Positions 35,983 to 45,483 of a DNA stretch of 55,485 nucleotides are shown piece by piece. Position 1 is the stretch's first letter; every line of letters starts with the position of its first letter. The translations under genes and the position numbers were made by a program. A model generated the notes under the pieces. The model made no database searches and was not told the origin of the DNA. It saw only the letters and a program-made list of their open reading frames with translations. This DNA is from Candidatus Fimenecus sp. (GTDB taxonomy: Bacteria; Bacillota; Clostridia; Oscillospirales; Acutalibacteraceae): positions 1 through 55,485 of the forward strand of contig DAVZHM010000001.1 in the NCBI GenBank assembly GCA_052273845.1, read 5' to 3'.

Positions 35983-36672
35983 ATGTATGACAAGTACGCG
36001 ATGACACAGAATGAAAACATAGAAATTGCCAAACGCACCTTGGTTGACGCAATATATAAAAGTGCGAATCTTGAAGGAATTGCAGTAACTTACGCGCAGA
36101 CCATCGACATATTAAACAATGTCAATGTATCCTCTTTAAAGCCGAGTGAGATTAACAAAGTATTCTGTCTGCGCGATGCTTGGCACTATACTTTAGATCA
36201 TATCAATGACGATATGAACCTTGGTTTTTTAGAGGAGCTGCACAACCTGATTGCGAGGGCGGATCTTCCTTATAGCGAACTCGGAAGAATTCGCACAGAG
36301 GATGTTCTCATCAGCGGTACGATGTGGCGACCGGAATTGCCTAATATTGAATGTTTGCATCGTGAGCTTGTGGGTATTATGTCTATGCCCACGACAACGG
36401 ACAAGGCACTAACATTGATGCTTTGGGTAATGCGTAGCCAAATCTTTAAGGATGGAAACAAGCGCGTTGCTACGCTTGCCGCAAACAAAGTTTTAATTGC
36501 CAACGGTTGCGGTATCGTTTCTGTTCCTGTCGAATTAGATGGTACTTTTAAGCAGATGCTCGTAGATTTTTACGAGAGCAACAACAGCACAGCAATTAAA
36601 AAGTTTCTATATGAAAAGTGTATGGACGGGTTGAAACCGATTCGCCGGAAAGAACCCCCTATATCACTTTGA
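35983..36672 (+). CDS. Fic/Doc-family protein with a variant active-site motif (QIFKDGNKR)
   Basis: The core motif is QIFKDGNKRVATLAAN versus the canonical H-x-F-x-(D/E)-(G/A)-N-(G/K)-R. The ATG at 35983 follows AGGAG. Confidence 0.7.
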   Translation: MYDKYAMTQNENIEIAKRTLVDAIYKSANLEGIAVTYAQTIDILNNVNVSSLKPSEINKVFCLRDAWHYTLDHINDDMNLGFLEELHNLIARADLPYSELGRIRTEDVLISGTMWRPELPNIECLHRELVGIMSMPTTTDKALTLMLWVMRSQIFKDGNKRVATLAANKVLIANGCGIVSVPVELDGTFKQMLVDFYESNNSTAIKKFLYEKCMDGLKPIRRKEPPISL

Positions 36673-36701
36673 GTAGGTAAAAACTAAATACACATTGTAT
36701 A

Positions 36702-36735
36702 AAGAGAAGTTTCGCTGCGAGACTTCTCTTTTTTG
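36702..36735 (+). terminator. Intrinsic terminator
   Basis: The hairpin is AGAGAAGT..TCGCtGCGA..ACTTCTCT, followed by TTTTT. Confidence 0.7.
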
Positions 36736-36757
36736 TGTCTTGTAAGGAGGAAAAACT

Positions 36758-37879
36758 ATGCCAGACGACTATATCCAGCAATTGAAACAAATACCACTTT
36801 CTGAAATCCTGCACGATATTTATGGCATTGAACTTCACCAAAAGAGCAACCGTTTTTATTGTAAAATTCGTCCAGAACGCACCGATTCCTGCTATATTTA
36901 CCCTAACAATTCTTGGTACGATTTCGGTGGAAGCATCGGCGGTGACACGATAACACTTGTGCAAACAATGGAGGAATGTGACCGGAAAACTGCAATGCAG
37001 AAGCTCTCCGATTGGTATAACATTAAGCGTGAATACCGACAAAGAGATAACAAATCGCTGTGGGATTTCGAGTGGAAAAAGCTCGGTGTTCAGCCCGATA
37101 GAACGAGTAAGAACCTTAATATCTGTGTTTTGGAAACAGGCGGAAAGCCTGATCCGTTTGCGGATATTACTTTATTCATTGACCAGCCGGAACAAATCTC
37201 TGCATTTGAAGAAAAGTACGGTGTCCCTTTTAACGAATTCCGAAAGACAGATACCATTGGTTATCATAACATTTTAAAACAGCGCGTTTGGTTTCCTCTG
37301 CTCAACGAAAGGGAGGATTATTACACAGGATTACTGACCAGCTACCGTCTTTACAAGCAGATTGACGGAGAGAATTTTGCGAAAAACGCAGTCGCAACTT
37401 GTGATGAAATTTTGCAAAAAGCCGATGATTTAAATGAAAAATGTGCGATTTTGCGGCGTGCAGTCGATGATATTTCTCTCTTGAAAGTTCCTTTGTTTGG
37501 GCTGAATCCATCTAAAGATTTACAGGGAATTTTAGATGGAAGCATACGGTTTCAGCCGTCAAAAGTACACTACTTTGAACTATGCAAGTGGGGAAAAACA
37601 AAGGGAGAAACCATTTATTGCATCGAGGTTTCCTACGATGATTATGTGCATTTACATACGCCCACGGACAGCCCATTAAGAGGAATTCCACACTCTGCAT
37701 TTTATAAATCCGGTGTCTGTCATATTTGTGTAATTCAATCTTCTACCGCACAGGTAGAAAAAATATTCGGAGAAAAAGTCATTAAAACGGCAGCGCGTTT
37801 TGATGGCTTTTCTTATAGATCTCGGCCGCAAAAAACCGAAAATAAGCAAAAGAAATCACTTTCTTTCCCTGAGGTTTAA
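36758..37879 (+). CDS. Primase-like protein with a degenerate CHC2 zinc-finger region
   Basis: FYCKIRPERTDSCYIYPNNSWYDFGGSIGGDTITLV aligns to the DnaG zinc-finger pattern CPFH..TPSF......F.CFGCG..GD.I.F, but the second Cys pair is missing. Confidence 0.5.
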   Translation: MPDDYIQQLKQIPLSEILHDIYGIELHQKSNRFYCKIRPERTDSCYIYPNNSWYDFGGSIGGDTITLVQTMEECDRKTAMQKLSDWYNIKREYRQRDNKSLWDFEWKKLGVQPDRTSKNLNICVLETGGKPDPFADITLFIDQPEQISAFEEKYGVPFNEFRKTDTIGYHNILKQRVWFPLLNEREDYYTGLLTSYRLYKQIDGENFAKNAVATCDEILQKADDLNEKCAILRRAVDDISLLKVPLFGLNPSKDLQGILDGSIRFQPSKVHYFELCKWGKTKGETIYCIEVSYDDYVHLHTPTDSPLRGIPHSAFYKSGVCHICVIQSSTAQVEKIFGEKVIKTAARFDGFSYRSRPQKTENKQKKSLSFPEV

Positions 37880-38083
37880 TCGGCTTTTTGCGGCTAATTA
37901 TTATGGGGTTTTAGGGCGCTCCCTAACAAGCGGGATTTGGATTGGTCACCCAAATCCCTTGCTTGCCACGCCGTCCACCGTAATTCGGACAAAGGGAATT
38001 TTGATTTTACCAATTTTCTTTCCCTGAGGGCGAAACACGGTGAACGGTATAGGGCGACTCTGCCCCGAAACGGAGGTGAAACA
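37860..38083 (+). promoter_or_regulatory. Candidate oriT / relaxosome assembly region
   Basis: A 15-nt direct repeat TTTCTTTCCCTGAGG occurs at 37860-37874 and 38015-38029. It brackets the hairpins TTAGGG-cgct-CCCTAA and GGGATTTGG-9-CCAAATCCC (37932-37958). The region lies immediately upstream of the RHH, mobC and relaxase genes. Confidence 0.5.
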
Positions 38084-38290
38084 ATGTGTGAAAACAAAAC
38101 TCAGCAAATGCTTATCCGAATGTCCCCGTATGAATCGGGACTGCTGACATACATTTCTGAACAGGCAAATTTGTCGCGTGCAGAAATCCTCAGGCTGGGA
38201 CTTCGGATTATTGCACGAAATTTAAATCCCAAGGAAGTTCGTGAACTTCAGGACTTCTATGCTACACAGAAAGGCGATGAGAATCAATGA
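38084..38290 (+). CDS. Ribbon-helix-helix relaxosome accessory protein
   Basis: The ATG at 38084 follows GGAGGTG. A beta-strand then helix pattern is visible: QQMLIRMSPYESGLLTYISEQANLSRAEILRLGL. Confidence 0.6.
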   Translation: MCENKTQQMLIRMSPYESGLLTYISEQANLSRAEILRLGLRIIARNLNPKEVRELQDFYATQKGDENQ

Positions 38291-38607
38291 GTGAACAGCG
38301 GGCGCGTACACACCGTGTGCAGGTTCGGCTGAACGATGATGAGTACGAGTACTTTTTGTACAATTTGGAGAGATCCGGTCTTTCTAAGGAAGCATATCTT
38401 CGCAAACTGTTAGCAGAAAAGATTCCAAAGACAAAAGAAATCGGGCAGCACGAACAAGATATGTTGTCACAGCTCTATGCTATCGGAAATAATCTGAATC
38501 AGATTGCGCGTCGTGCGAACACGATGAATGTTATCAGTGTGGAGAAATATTCCGATGCAGTTAAAAAGTTTGAAGATATTATGCAGGCGTTTTTGGAACG
38601 GATGTGA
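38287..38607 (+). CDS. mobC: MobC-family mobilisation protein
   Basis: The signature LYAIGNNLNQIARRAN is present. The start overlaps the previous stop. Confidence 0.8.
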   Translation: MSEQRARTHRVQVRLNDDEYEYFLYNLERSGLSKEAYLRKLLAEKIPKTKEIGQHEQDMLSQLYAIGNNLNQIARRANTMNVISVEKYSDAVKKFEDIMQAFLERM

Positions 38608-38611
38608 TTAT

Positions 38612-39979
38612 TTGGCAACGACGAAAAGATTACCCAAGCCTCCAAAAACACATTCTGCTGTCGTCAAACTGATTCGCTATGCTTTAAATCCCGATAAAAC
38701 AACTGATGAAAAATGCCTGTATGCAGATTCCTGCAATTGTTCGATTGTCGGCGCAGCCAATCAATTCAAAGCTGTTCGAGATCGTTGGGATAAAAACAGC
38801 GGAAATTTTGCCTATCATTTTATCCAAAGTTTTAAGCCAGGAGAAACCTCGCCCGAGGAAGCTGCTCATTGCGGTAAGGAACTTGCCGATGCTTTGCTCG
38901 GGAATGCAGGATTTCAAGTTGTAATCGGTACACATTTAGATAAGGCACATCTGCACAATCACTTTGTTGTAAATGCGGTCAACCCAACAGATGGGAAGAA
39001 ACTGCAAACGGATCATAATTTCATCCGAAAAATGCGTGAAGAAAATGACCGGATTTGCCGGGCGCATAATTTATCAGTCATTGAAAATCCCGAAAGCAAC
39101 GGGAAAACCTACGCGGAATGGGTCATCGGTAAAAACGGCGGCTTTACTTGGCGTGGGATGATTCGTCAGGATATTGACGAGCTGATTCCAACGGTTCTAA
39201 CGCTTAAGGAATTGTTGGATGCGCTGGAGCAGAACGGATACACCGTACGGCGTCGTGGCAAGTACCTCAGCCTATCCCCCCCGGGAGCAAAGGTGAACTT
39301 CCGACTATACAAACTTGGTAAGGGATACACCGAAGAAGATATTACAGAAAGAATTTTGTATTTAGACAGGCGGCGAGCAAAAGCGCCGGGCATAAAGCCG
39401 ATACGGATCCGAGTAAAGGCTTACCACATTAAGTCGAGTTTCCCACTCAAGGCAAAGGGTGGGTTTCGCGGGCTTTATTATGTCTACCTTTACCGATTGA
39501 GAAAACTGCTGAATGTTTCTGCGCAGGTGCAAAGGCGAATACCGATCCAAGCGCGACGCGATACCAAACTGTTTCGGGAGTTTGCGGAAGACGCTCGCCT
39601 ATTGTTTGAAAACGGAATCGACAATGTAAATCAGCTTTCGGAATTCTATTACGCGGTGGACAAAAAACGGAACAGATTGTGCGCCCAGCGCCTGTCGTTG
39701 CGTGAGGCGTTGAGCAACTGCGATTCTGCTGATACCTCTAAAATATTGCAGGCACAAATTGCGGGGCTCAATACCGTGATACAGAATTTAGGCAAGCAGA
39801 TGCAATCGTGCGAACGCATCTATGAAAGGTCGAACCGTGTTCGCGTAACAAACAAGCAGATAGATGCGATACAGAAGGAGATGATACAAGAGAATGTAAA
39901 CCCACAGGACAACTCCCCACTATTAAAAACACCAATGAATGAGAATGAAAGGAATGACGAAAATGTCAGCAGAAGCTGA
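38612..39979 (+). CDS. MobA/VirD2-family relaxase
   Basis: YHFIQSF and the histidine triad THLDKAHLHNHFVVN are present. The start is uncertain. I chose the TTG at 38612 (giving ATTKRL) because the family usually begins MA(I/T)TK; in-frame ATGs at 38528 and 38555 would overlap mobC. Confidence 0.8.
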   Translation: MATTKRLPKPPKTHSAVVKLIRYALNPDKTTDEKCLYADSCNCSIVGAANQFKAVRDRWDKNSGNFAYHFIQSFKPGETSPEEAAHCGKELADALLGNAGFQVVIGTHLDKAHLHNHFVVNAVNPTDGKKLQTDHNFIRKMREENDRICRAHNLSVIENPESNGKTYAEWVIGKNGGFTWRGMIRQDIDELIPTVLTLKELLDALEQNGYTVRRRGKYLSLSPPGAKVNFRLYKLGKGYTEEDITERILYLDRRRAKAPGIKPIRIRVKAYHIKSSFPLKAKGGFRGLYYVYLYRLRKLLNVSAQVQRRIPIQARRDTKLFREFAEDARLLFENGIDNVNQLSEFYYAVDKKRNRLCAQRLSLREALSNCDSADTSKILQAQIAGLNTVIQNLGKQMQSCERIYERSNRVRVTNKQIDAIQKEMIQENVNPQDNSPLLKTPMNENERNDENVSRS

Positions 39980-40958
39980 AGCAACGGATATCCTCGTACG
40001 AATGACAATGGAAGGCATTCAATATTGTTTTCGGTTTACAGGAGAAGCAGCATCTAAAGGGCTTGCCTTACTGTTTGCAGGGGTGCGAACTCTTTATGAG
40101 AGAAACAAGGGAAAGCAAAAACTCGGCGGCAAAGTAAAAACACGCGCTTTTCTCAGCAATTTTGTAAGCAGCTCCGTATTCCCTCTGTCAAAAAGTGATA
40201 TGGAAAAGTTGAAGCCAGAATTAAAGCGGTTGCATATTCCGTATATGCAATACAAAACAACAAAGGAAATGAAGGCGGATGGTCGTGTGGAAATCTCGGT
40301 TCGCCGGGATGACGCCGACCGTTTTGTCCGTTTGGCAGAAAGTCTCGGTATTGCAAGCGTCAACCCATATGATATGCAGGTCAATGAGTTATCCTCCGAA
40401 GAATACGAGCAAGCGTTGAAAGAAGGAACTGTAAAAGGTGTAGATGTAACGGTCGCTGATGATGGAATCACGGTAAATGAACGCGAAAACCCCACGCAGG
40501 CTCCGATCGACCCTTCGCTTCGATCGGAGCCGAGCTCCGCCGCATCCAAGCCTTTCGATTTGACCTTTGATCCCCAAGCAGGAGTTACAGAAAATTTGGA
40601 TGAAGCCTATAAGGTTGTAGCACGACGCGACGGTCGGCTGATTCCGATTTCAGCAAATAAAGAAACCCTCTTGGTTTCGGAAACACAGGACGCCGTGACA
40701 TTGACCATACCGGGCACGAAAAAGCAGGAATGCTTGGTTGTTCCAAAAAACGATATTGTTTCAATGAATGCAGATGGCGGGAAATCCATTCGGGTGGATC
40801 TTCGGGACACACATCTTTATGAGATTGTGGATCGGAACAATAATCTTCTCCGCAAAGTTACAGGTGGTGAAATCAAGGGAACCGGAAACTGGGTGCCAAA
40901 ATACACGCCGCATAAAAAGCCCAATATTCCCTTGCCCACAAAAGGGGGCGCTCGGTAA
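39963..40958 (+). CDS. PcfB/DUF3801-like conjugation protein
   Basis: The N-terminal region (LALLFAGVRTLYE, VFPLSKSDMEKLKPELKRLHIPY) matches my recollection of DUF3801. It sits between the relaxase and the coupling protein, as in pCF10-like systems. Confidence 0.55.
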   Translation: MSAEAEATDILVRMTMEGIQYCFRFTGEAASKGLALLFAGVRTLYERNKGKQKLGGKVKTRAFLSNFVSSSVFPLSKSDMEKLKPELKRLHIPYMQYKTTKEMKADGRVEISVRRDDADRFVRLAESLGIASVNPYDMQVNELSSEEYEQALKEGTVKGVDVTVADDGITVNERENPTQAPIDPSLRSEPSSAASKPFDLTFDPQAGVTENLDEAYKVVARRDGRLIPISANKETLLVSETQDAVTLTIPGTKKQECLVVPKNDIVSMNADGGKSIRVDLRDTHLYEIVDRNNNLLRKVTGGEIKGTGNWVPKYTPHKKPNIPLPTKGGAR

Positions 40959-41908
40959 TGGGACAGCAACTTGATTTAACGCCCGAAGAATTCAAACAGG
41001 TAATGCTTGCGAAAGAGCAAGCAACATTTGCGCTGTTGCGAGAACAGACAGATCGAATAATGCAGGATGAGGATATTTTTATTGGATTCTTAAATATGCT
41101 TGCTTCCCACGTTACCACCTCTGTCGGAAACACCATTTTGGTACAGGCACAGCTTCCCGATGCGACAGCAGTACTGTCCATCAAAGAGTGGGATAAACGG
41201 AATATTGCTGTAAAAAAAGACAAAAACGGCTATTATCCTGAAGGAATTTATCAATTTGCTCCAAACGGACAGCGTGTTGATGAAAATGGTGAGGTACATA
41301 CAAAATTCAAAATCTACAAGGGATATGATGCCTGTCAAACCATTAGTCCTGATTATGCTCGCTCCGTAATGAACAACGCACAGCCTGTTTCTGTCTTTGT
41401 CGGCAGTAACAATCCCGAAAGAACCCGAAATATTGCTTTGTGCAATGCGTCGCCAATCCGATGCATTGTATATGATCCAAAACAGTTGATCCACAAAGCT
41501 GAAAACATATCTGAAAGCGACGAGCTGCGATACATTCCCGAAACAAAAACGGTTGTCATTCGGAAGGTGGCGCGACAGGAATGGTTTCAGCGTGTTGCCT
41601 ATGAGATTGCGTTAGGCATCTTCCATAAGCAGGAAGGTTCAAAGTTTGACCGCACATCGCGCTCCTTTGAAGCCGGAATTGTGTCCTATCTGCTTTGCCG
41701 GAGTGTGGGCGTGGACACATCGGCTTTTCGATTTGACCTGTCCCATTTACAGTCAAAGTACCCGGAGCAAACCGCCTTTCGTGCTATGCTCGAAAGCTGT
41801 CAGGAAATTGCACACGATTTGGCATATCGATTGAACAACAAACTGCGCGAGCAAAATTCTAAAAACCGCGCCGGCTCGGAACAGGTACATTTTGCAAAGG
41901 AGGGTTAG
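40958..41908 (+). CDS. ArdC-N-like (ssDNA-binding/antirestriction-type) domain protein
   Basis: NTILVQAQLPDATAVLSIKEWDKRNIAVKKDKNG parallels the ArdC-N pattern and the N-terminus of the giant protein. Confidence 0.5.
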   Translation: MGQQLDLTPEEFKQVMLAKEQATFALLREQTDRIMQDEDIFIGFLNMLASHVTTSVGNTILVQAQLPDATAVLSIKEWDKRNIAVKKDKNGYYPEGIYQFAPNGQRVDENGEVHTKFKIYKGYDACQTISPDYARSVMNNAQPVSVFVGSNNPERTRNIALCNASPIRCIVYDPKQLIHKAENISESDELRYIPETKTVVIRKVARQEWFQRVAYEIALGIFHKQEGSKFDRTSRSFEAGIVSYLLCRSVGVDTSAFRFDLSHLQSKYPEQTAFRAMLESCQEIAHDLAYRLNNKLREQNSKNRAGSEQVHFAKEG

Positions 41909-41910
41909 AA

Positions 41911-43869
41911 ATGTATAAAAACAAGAAGGCGCGCGACCGCCCGTTTTACATCGCGGCTGCCATTGGCAGTATAGCAGTTATTTATTTTGCAATCTGCATC
42001 GCACCATATGCTCAAGGCGGTTTGCCTACCGTTTTGCAAAACGCAGTGCAGATTAGCCTTAATCCGGCAGACATAAGTTGGACGCAAGACACTCCAAAGA
42101 CGATTATTGGATGTCTTTTCTTTTATGCCATCGCAGTTGTTATGTTATTCTCATACAAACGCCGGCTACACCGTAGCGGCGTGGAGAATGGCGGTGCGGA
42201 TTATGCGGATGTCCGTAAACTTCGCAAGGAGTTCCACTCGGACTCCCCGAAGCGAATTGTGTATACGGAAAATTTTGCCTTGAGCGTTACGAAAAAGGAC
42301 ACCTATCAGCACAAGCGCAATTATAATACCGTCCTCATCGGCGGTCCGGGTGCAGGCAAAACGACAGGCTATGTTTATCCAAATCTATTGGAGGCGAGCG
42401 CAAGTTATGTTGTGCTGGACCCCAAAGGCGAGGTGTGCCGCAATACGGCGCAGTTTTTGAACAACAAAGGCTACAGCATAAAAGTTCTTAACCTTGTAAA
42501 CCCAAACCGTTCGTGTGGCTACAATCCGTTTACATATATCCGAAAGGACACAGAAACGGAAGCCTATGCGGAGGATGATATCCAAAAAATCGTGACCGCG
42601 ATATATAAAGCGACGACCGCGCCGAACTCTCAAACATTAGATCCGTTTTGGGATGAGGCAGGCAAAATGCTACTGTCTGCACTAATGTATCTACTTTACT
42701 ATTTCGGTGCGGAATCGGAAAAAAACTTCCCGTATTTGATGAACTTAATCCGTGCGGGAAGAATCGAAAACAGCGAGGATGATGACAGACAGTCGCCCCT
42801 GGATATCCTATTTCAGAGCATAGAGCAGAGATTTCCGGATCACATCTGTGTTCGGTACTATCGCAACGCTACAAGTGGTGCCGGAAAGACACAGCAAAGC
42901 GTACAAATCACATTACTCGCACGGCTTCAAAAGTTTGAAATGTCTTCTGTCGCGGCAATGGCTACAAGGGACGAGTTGGAACTGTCCGCACTTGCGGACA
43001 AGCCAACGGCGCTTTATCTGATTATTCCCGATAATGATACCAGTTACAATTTTATTGTTTCACTTCTGTATATCCAGCTTTTCCAAGCATTGTATGACAA
43101 AGCGGATCGTGTGTATCAAGGCAGATTGCCGCGTTTTATACACATCGTTATGGACGAATTTGCGAATGTAAATACGCCCGACGATTTCCTATTCACTTTA
43201 GCGACCTGCCGTTCCCGAAATATCGGGGTATCGATTATCCTGCAAAACCTGTCACAGCTGAAAGCAAAATACAAAGAGGGCTGGGAAAACATCATCGGGC
43301 AATGTGATGAATTCCTGTATCTTGGCGGTAACGAAAGTTCTACACACGAGTATGTGTCAAAAATGCTCGGAAAAGAGACTATCGATACAACCACCTATGG
43401 TCGGCGTTACGGTATGCACGGTGATGCTTCATCAAACTTTCAGTTTGCCGGGCGCGAGCTAATGACGCCAGACGAAGTTCGTGTTCTGCCTTACGATCAA
43501 GCGATTTTATTTGTGAAAAATGCGCTGCCGCTGGTGGATAAAAAAATCGATGTGTTTCATTATAAGCCTGCAGCAGGCACGGCAATTTGCGGCAATAAGG
43601 ATATGGAATATTCAATTCCGCTGCGCTCTGAACGGCAGAATTCGGGTACCGTACACCGCGCGAAAAAGAAAAATTCCGACAATGCGCCGAAAGATATTTT
43701 TGAATCAACTGCGGTCGGTGAATCGAAAAAAGAAACGCTGGTCGAATTCATTATCAACGGCAGACGCGTCAACATCTCGGATTTGGAGGTTTCTGACCTT
43801 TTGGAAATGTATTCTGTCGATGCTGACGAGTTGGAAGCATATATTCAAAACTTTTCAACAAACAATTAA
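41911..43869 (+). CDS. Type IV coupling protein (VirD4/TraG family)
   Basis: There are two N-terminal TM helices. Walker A is GGPGAGKTTG and the Walker B-like motif is IHIVMDEFANV. Confidence 0.9.
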   Translation: MYKNKKARDRPFYIAAAIGSIAVIYFAICIAPYAQGGLPTVLQNAVQISLNPADISWTQDTPKTIIGCLFFYAIAVVMLFSYKRRLHRSGVENGGADYADVRKLRKEFHSDSPKRIVYTENFALSVTKKDTYQHKRNYNTVLIGGPGAGKTTGYVYPNLLEASASYVVLDPKGEVCRNTAQFLNNKGYSIKVLNLVNPNRSCGYNPFTYIRKDTETEAYAEDDIQKIVTAIYKATTAPNSQTLDPFWDEAGKMLLSALMYLLYYFGAESEKNFPYLMNLIRAGRIENSEDDDRQSPLDILFQSIEQRFPDHICVRYYRNATSGAGKTQQSVQITLLARLQKFEMSSVAAMATRDELELSALADKPTALYLIIPDNDTSYNFIVSLLYIQLFQALYDKADRVYQGRLPRFIHIVMDEFANVNTPDDFLFTLATCRSRNIGVSIILQNLSQLKAKYKEGWENIIGQCDEFLYLGGNESSTHEYVSKMLGKETIDTTTYGRRYGMHGDASSNFQFAGRELMTPDEVRVLPYDQAILFVKNALPLVDKKIDVFHYKPAAGTAICGNKDMEYSIPLRSERQNSGTVHRAKKKNSDNAPKDIFESTAVGESKKETLVEFIINGRRVNISDLEVSDLLEMYSVDADELEAYIQNFSTNN

Positions 43870-43884
43870 GAAAGGATTTTCACT

Positions 43885-44211
43885 ATGAAAAAAACAACAA
43901 AACTGAACAAAATCATCCGCAGAGCCGTTACGCTGGTCGTATCGGTTCTTTTGATTCTCACGGTTACCATCCTGCCCGTGTTTGCCGAAGGTGACGGTGT
44001 GACAGATAGCTTAACAAAATTCAACGACCTGATGTTTTCCATCGTGCGCCTGCTCGGTATTGCCGCCTGCATATGGGGGATTGTTGAATTTGCAATGTCT
44101 ATGCAAAGCCACGACGGTGGGCAAAAGTCAAGAGGCATCACCATATTTGCCGCAGGACTGATTATCGTTTTCGCAAAAGAAATTTTGACCGTGCTCGGGG
44201 TTAGTTTATGA
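43885..44211 (+). CDS. Maff2-family small membrane protein
   Basis: It is 108 aa with a signal/TM segment and two further TM helices. It occupies the typical position after the coupling protein in Clostridial ICEs. Confidence 0.6.
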   Translation: MKKTTKLNKIIRRAVTLVVSVLLILTVTILPVFAEGDGVTDSLTKFNDLMFSIVRLLGIAACIWGIVEFAMSMQSHDGGQKSRGITIFAAGLIIVFAKEILTVLGVSL

Positions 44212-44249
44212 GAAAAAAGAGATAAAAGGCGCAAGGGAGGTGTCCATTT

Positions 44250-45104
44250 TTGTTATTTAAACCTATGCTCTTAAACTTTTGGGGCGAACAAGCAATCGCT
44301 CAGCTTGAGGATGCGTTGGCTATTTGGAGGCAAAGATACGAAAGTATTTTCAGTATTCTTGTGCAAGACCCCTCCGAGTTTCAAAACGGCGCAATTTGGA
44401 ATACAGTTACGGGAATCATTCGCATTGTTGAGGCAACGGGCGTGTCGCTGCTCATTCTGTTTTTTCTGTACGGTGTAATTAAATCCACCTTAGATTACAG
44501 AGACTTAGTCCGGAATCCCCGCCTTGTTCTAATGCAGTTTGTCCGTTTCTTTTTCGCAAAATTTTTCGTGACAAACGCAACCGATTTAATGCTGAGCATT
44601 ATATTAATTGTCCGCAATATCATTCTGCAAATCAATCCGGCTTCACCAACTATGGATTTACACCTGCCAGACGATTTGAGAACTGCGCTTGTAACGGCGG
44701 ATTGGGGCGCAGGAATGGGTGCTTTTGCCGCATCGTTGGCAGGCACAGCAATCATTTGGCTGTTATCCATAATTCTCGTGGTTGTCGTTTACGGTAGATT
44801 TTTCAAAATATTTCTGTTGTCTGCTATTGCTCCGATACCTCTTGCGGGCTATGCAAGTGAAGCAACTTCACCTATCGGTCGAAACTTTTTGAAATCATAT
44901 ATCGGAGAATGTTTACGCGGTGTTTTAATGCTTACAGCTTGTTTGATTTTTTCCGCATTTACAATGGTGACTCCCGGTTGGGCGGCAACCTCTCCCGGAG
45001 GTATGACTTGGGATTATATAGGGAATGTCACTCTGCAAATGCTTTTGTTGGTCATCATTGTGAAAGGTTCAGACAGAATCATAAAAGAAATTTTTGGTTT
45101 ATAA
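44250..45104 (+). CDS. VirB6/TrbL-like polytopic T4SS membrane protein
   Basis: At least five hydrophobic helices are visible. A TTG start follows GGGAGG. It sits in the syntenic position. Confidence 0.65.
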   Translation: MLFKPMLLNFWGEQAIAQLEDALAIWRQRYESIFSILVQDPSEFQNGAIWNTVTGIIRIVEATGVSLLILFFLYGVIKSTLDYRDLVRNPRLVLMQFVRFFFAKFFVTNATDLMLSIILIVRNIILQINPASPTMDLHLPDDLRTALVTADWGAGMGAFAASLAGTAIIWLLSIILVVVVYGRFFKIFLLSAIAPIPLAGYASEATSPIGRNFLKSYIGECLRGVLMLTACLIFSAFTMVTPGWAATSPGGMTWDYIGNVTLQMLLLVIIVKGSDRIIKEIFGL

Positions 45105-45114
45105 GGAGACTTTT

Positions 45115-45483
45115 ATGGAAATTAAACTTAATAAGGATATTCAAAAACTTCAGGACAGCTTCGCTTTTGGCTTGAGTTTCAGGCAAACGGTATTCGGCGG
45201 CATTGGACTTGTTTTGGGAATTGTAACCTATGTTGAAACCACAAAGCACGGAATGAATACAGAACTCGCATCTTGGCTGTGCATCGCCGCTGTTGCTCCG
45301 TTTGCCGCGCTCGGCTTTATTTCCTACCACGGTATGCCGTTTGAAAAACTTGTTCGGGTGTGGCTTAAGCATTATCTTCTTTGCCCTAAAAAGGTTGTTT
45401 TTCGATTGGAAAATGACTTTTATGAGCAGGACAAACCGCGTATAGCTAAAGCACGGGAAAAGGAGGCAAAGCAGGATGAGTAA
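45115..45483 (+). CDS. PrgI/TcpE-like (VirB3-analogue) membrane protein
   Basis: The ATG at 45115 follows AAGGAG. It has two TM helices and lies immediately upstream of, and overlapping, the VirB4-like gene. Confidence 0.65.
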   Translation: MEIKLNKDIQKLQDSFAFGLSFRQTVFGGIGLVLGIVTYVETTKHGMNTELASWLCIAAVAPFAALGFISYHGMPFEKLVRVWLKHYLLCPKKVVFRLENDFYEQDKPRIAKAREKEAKQDE

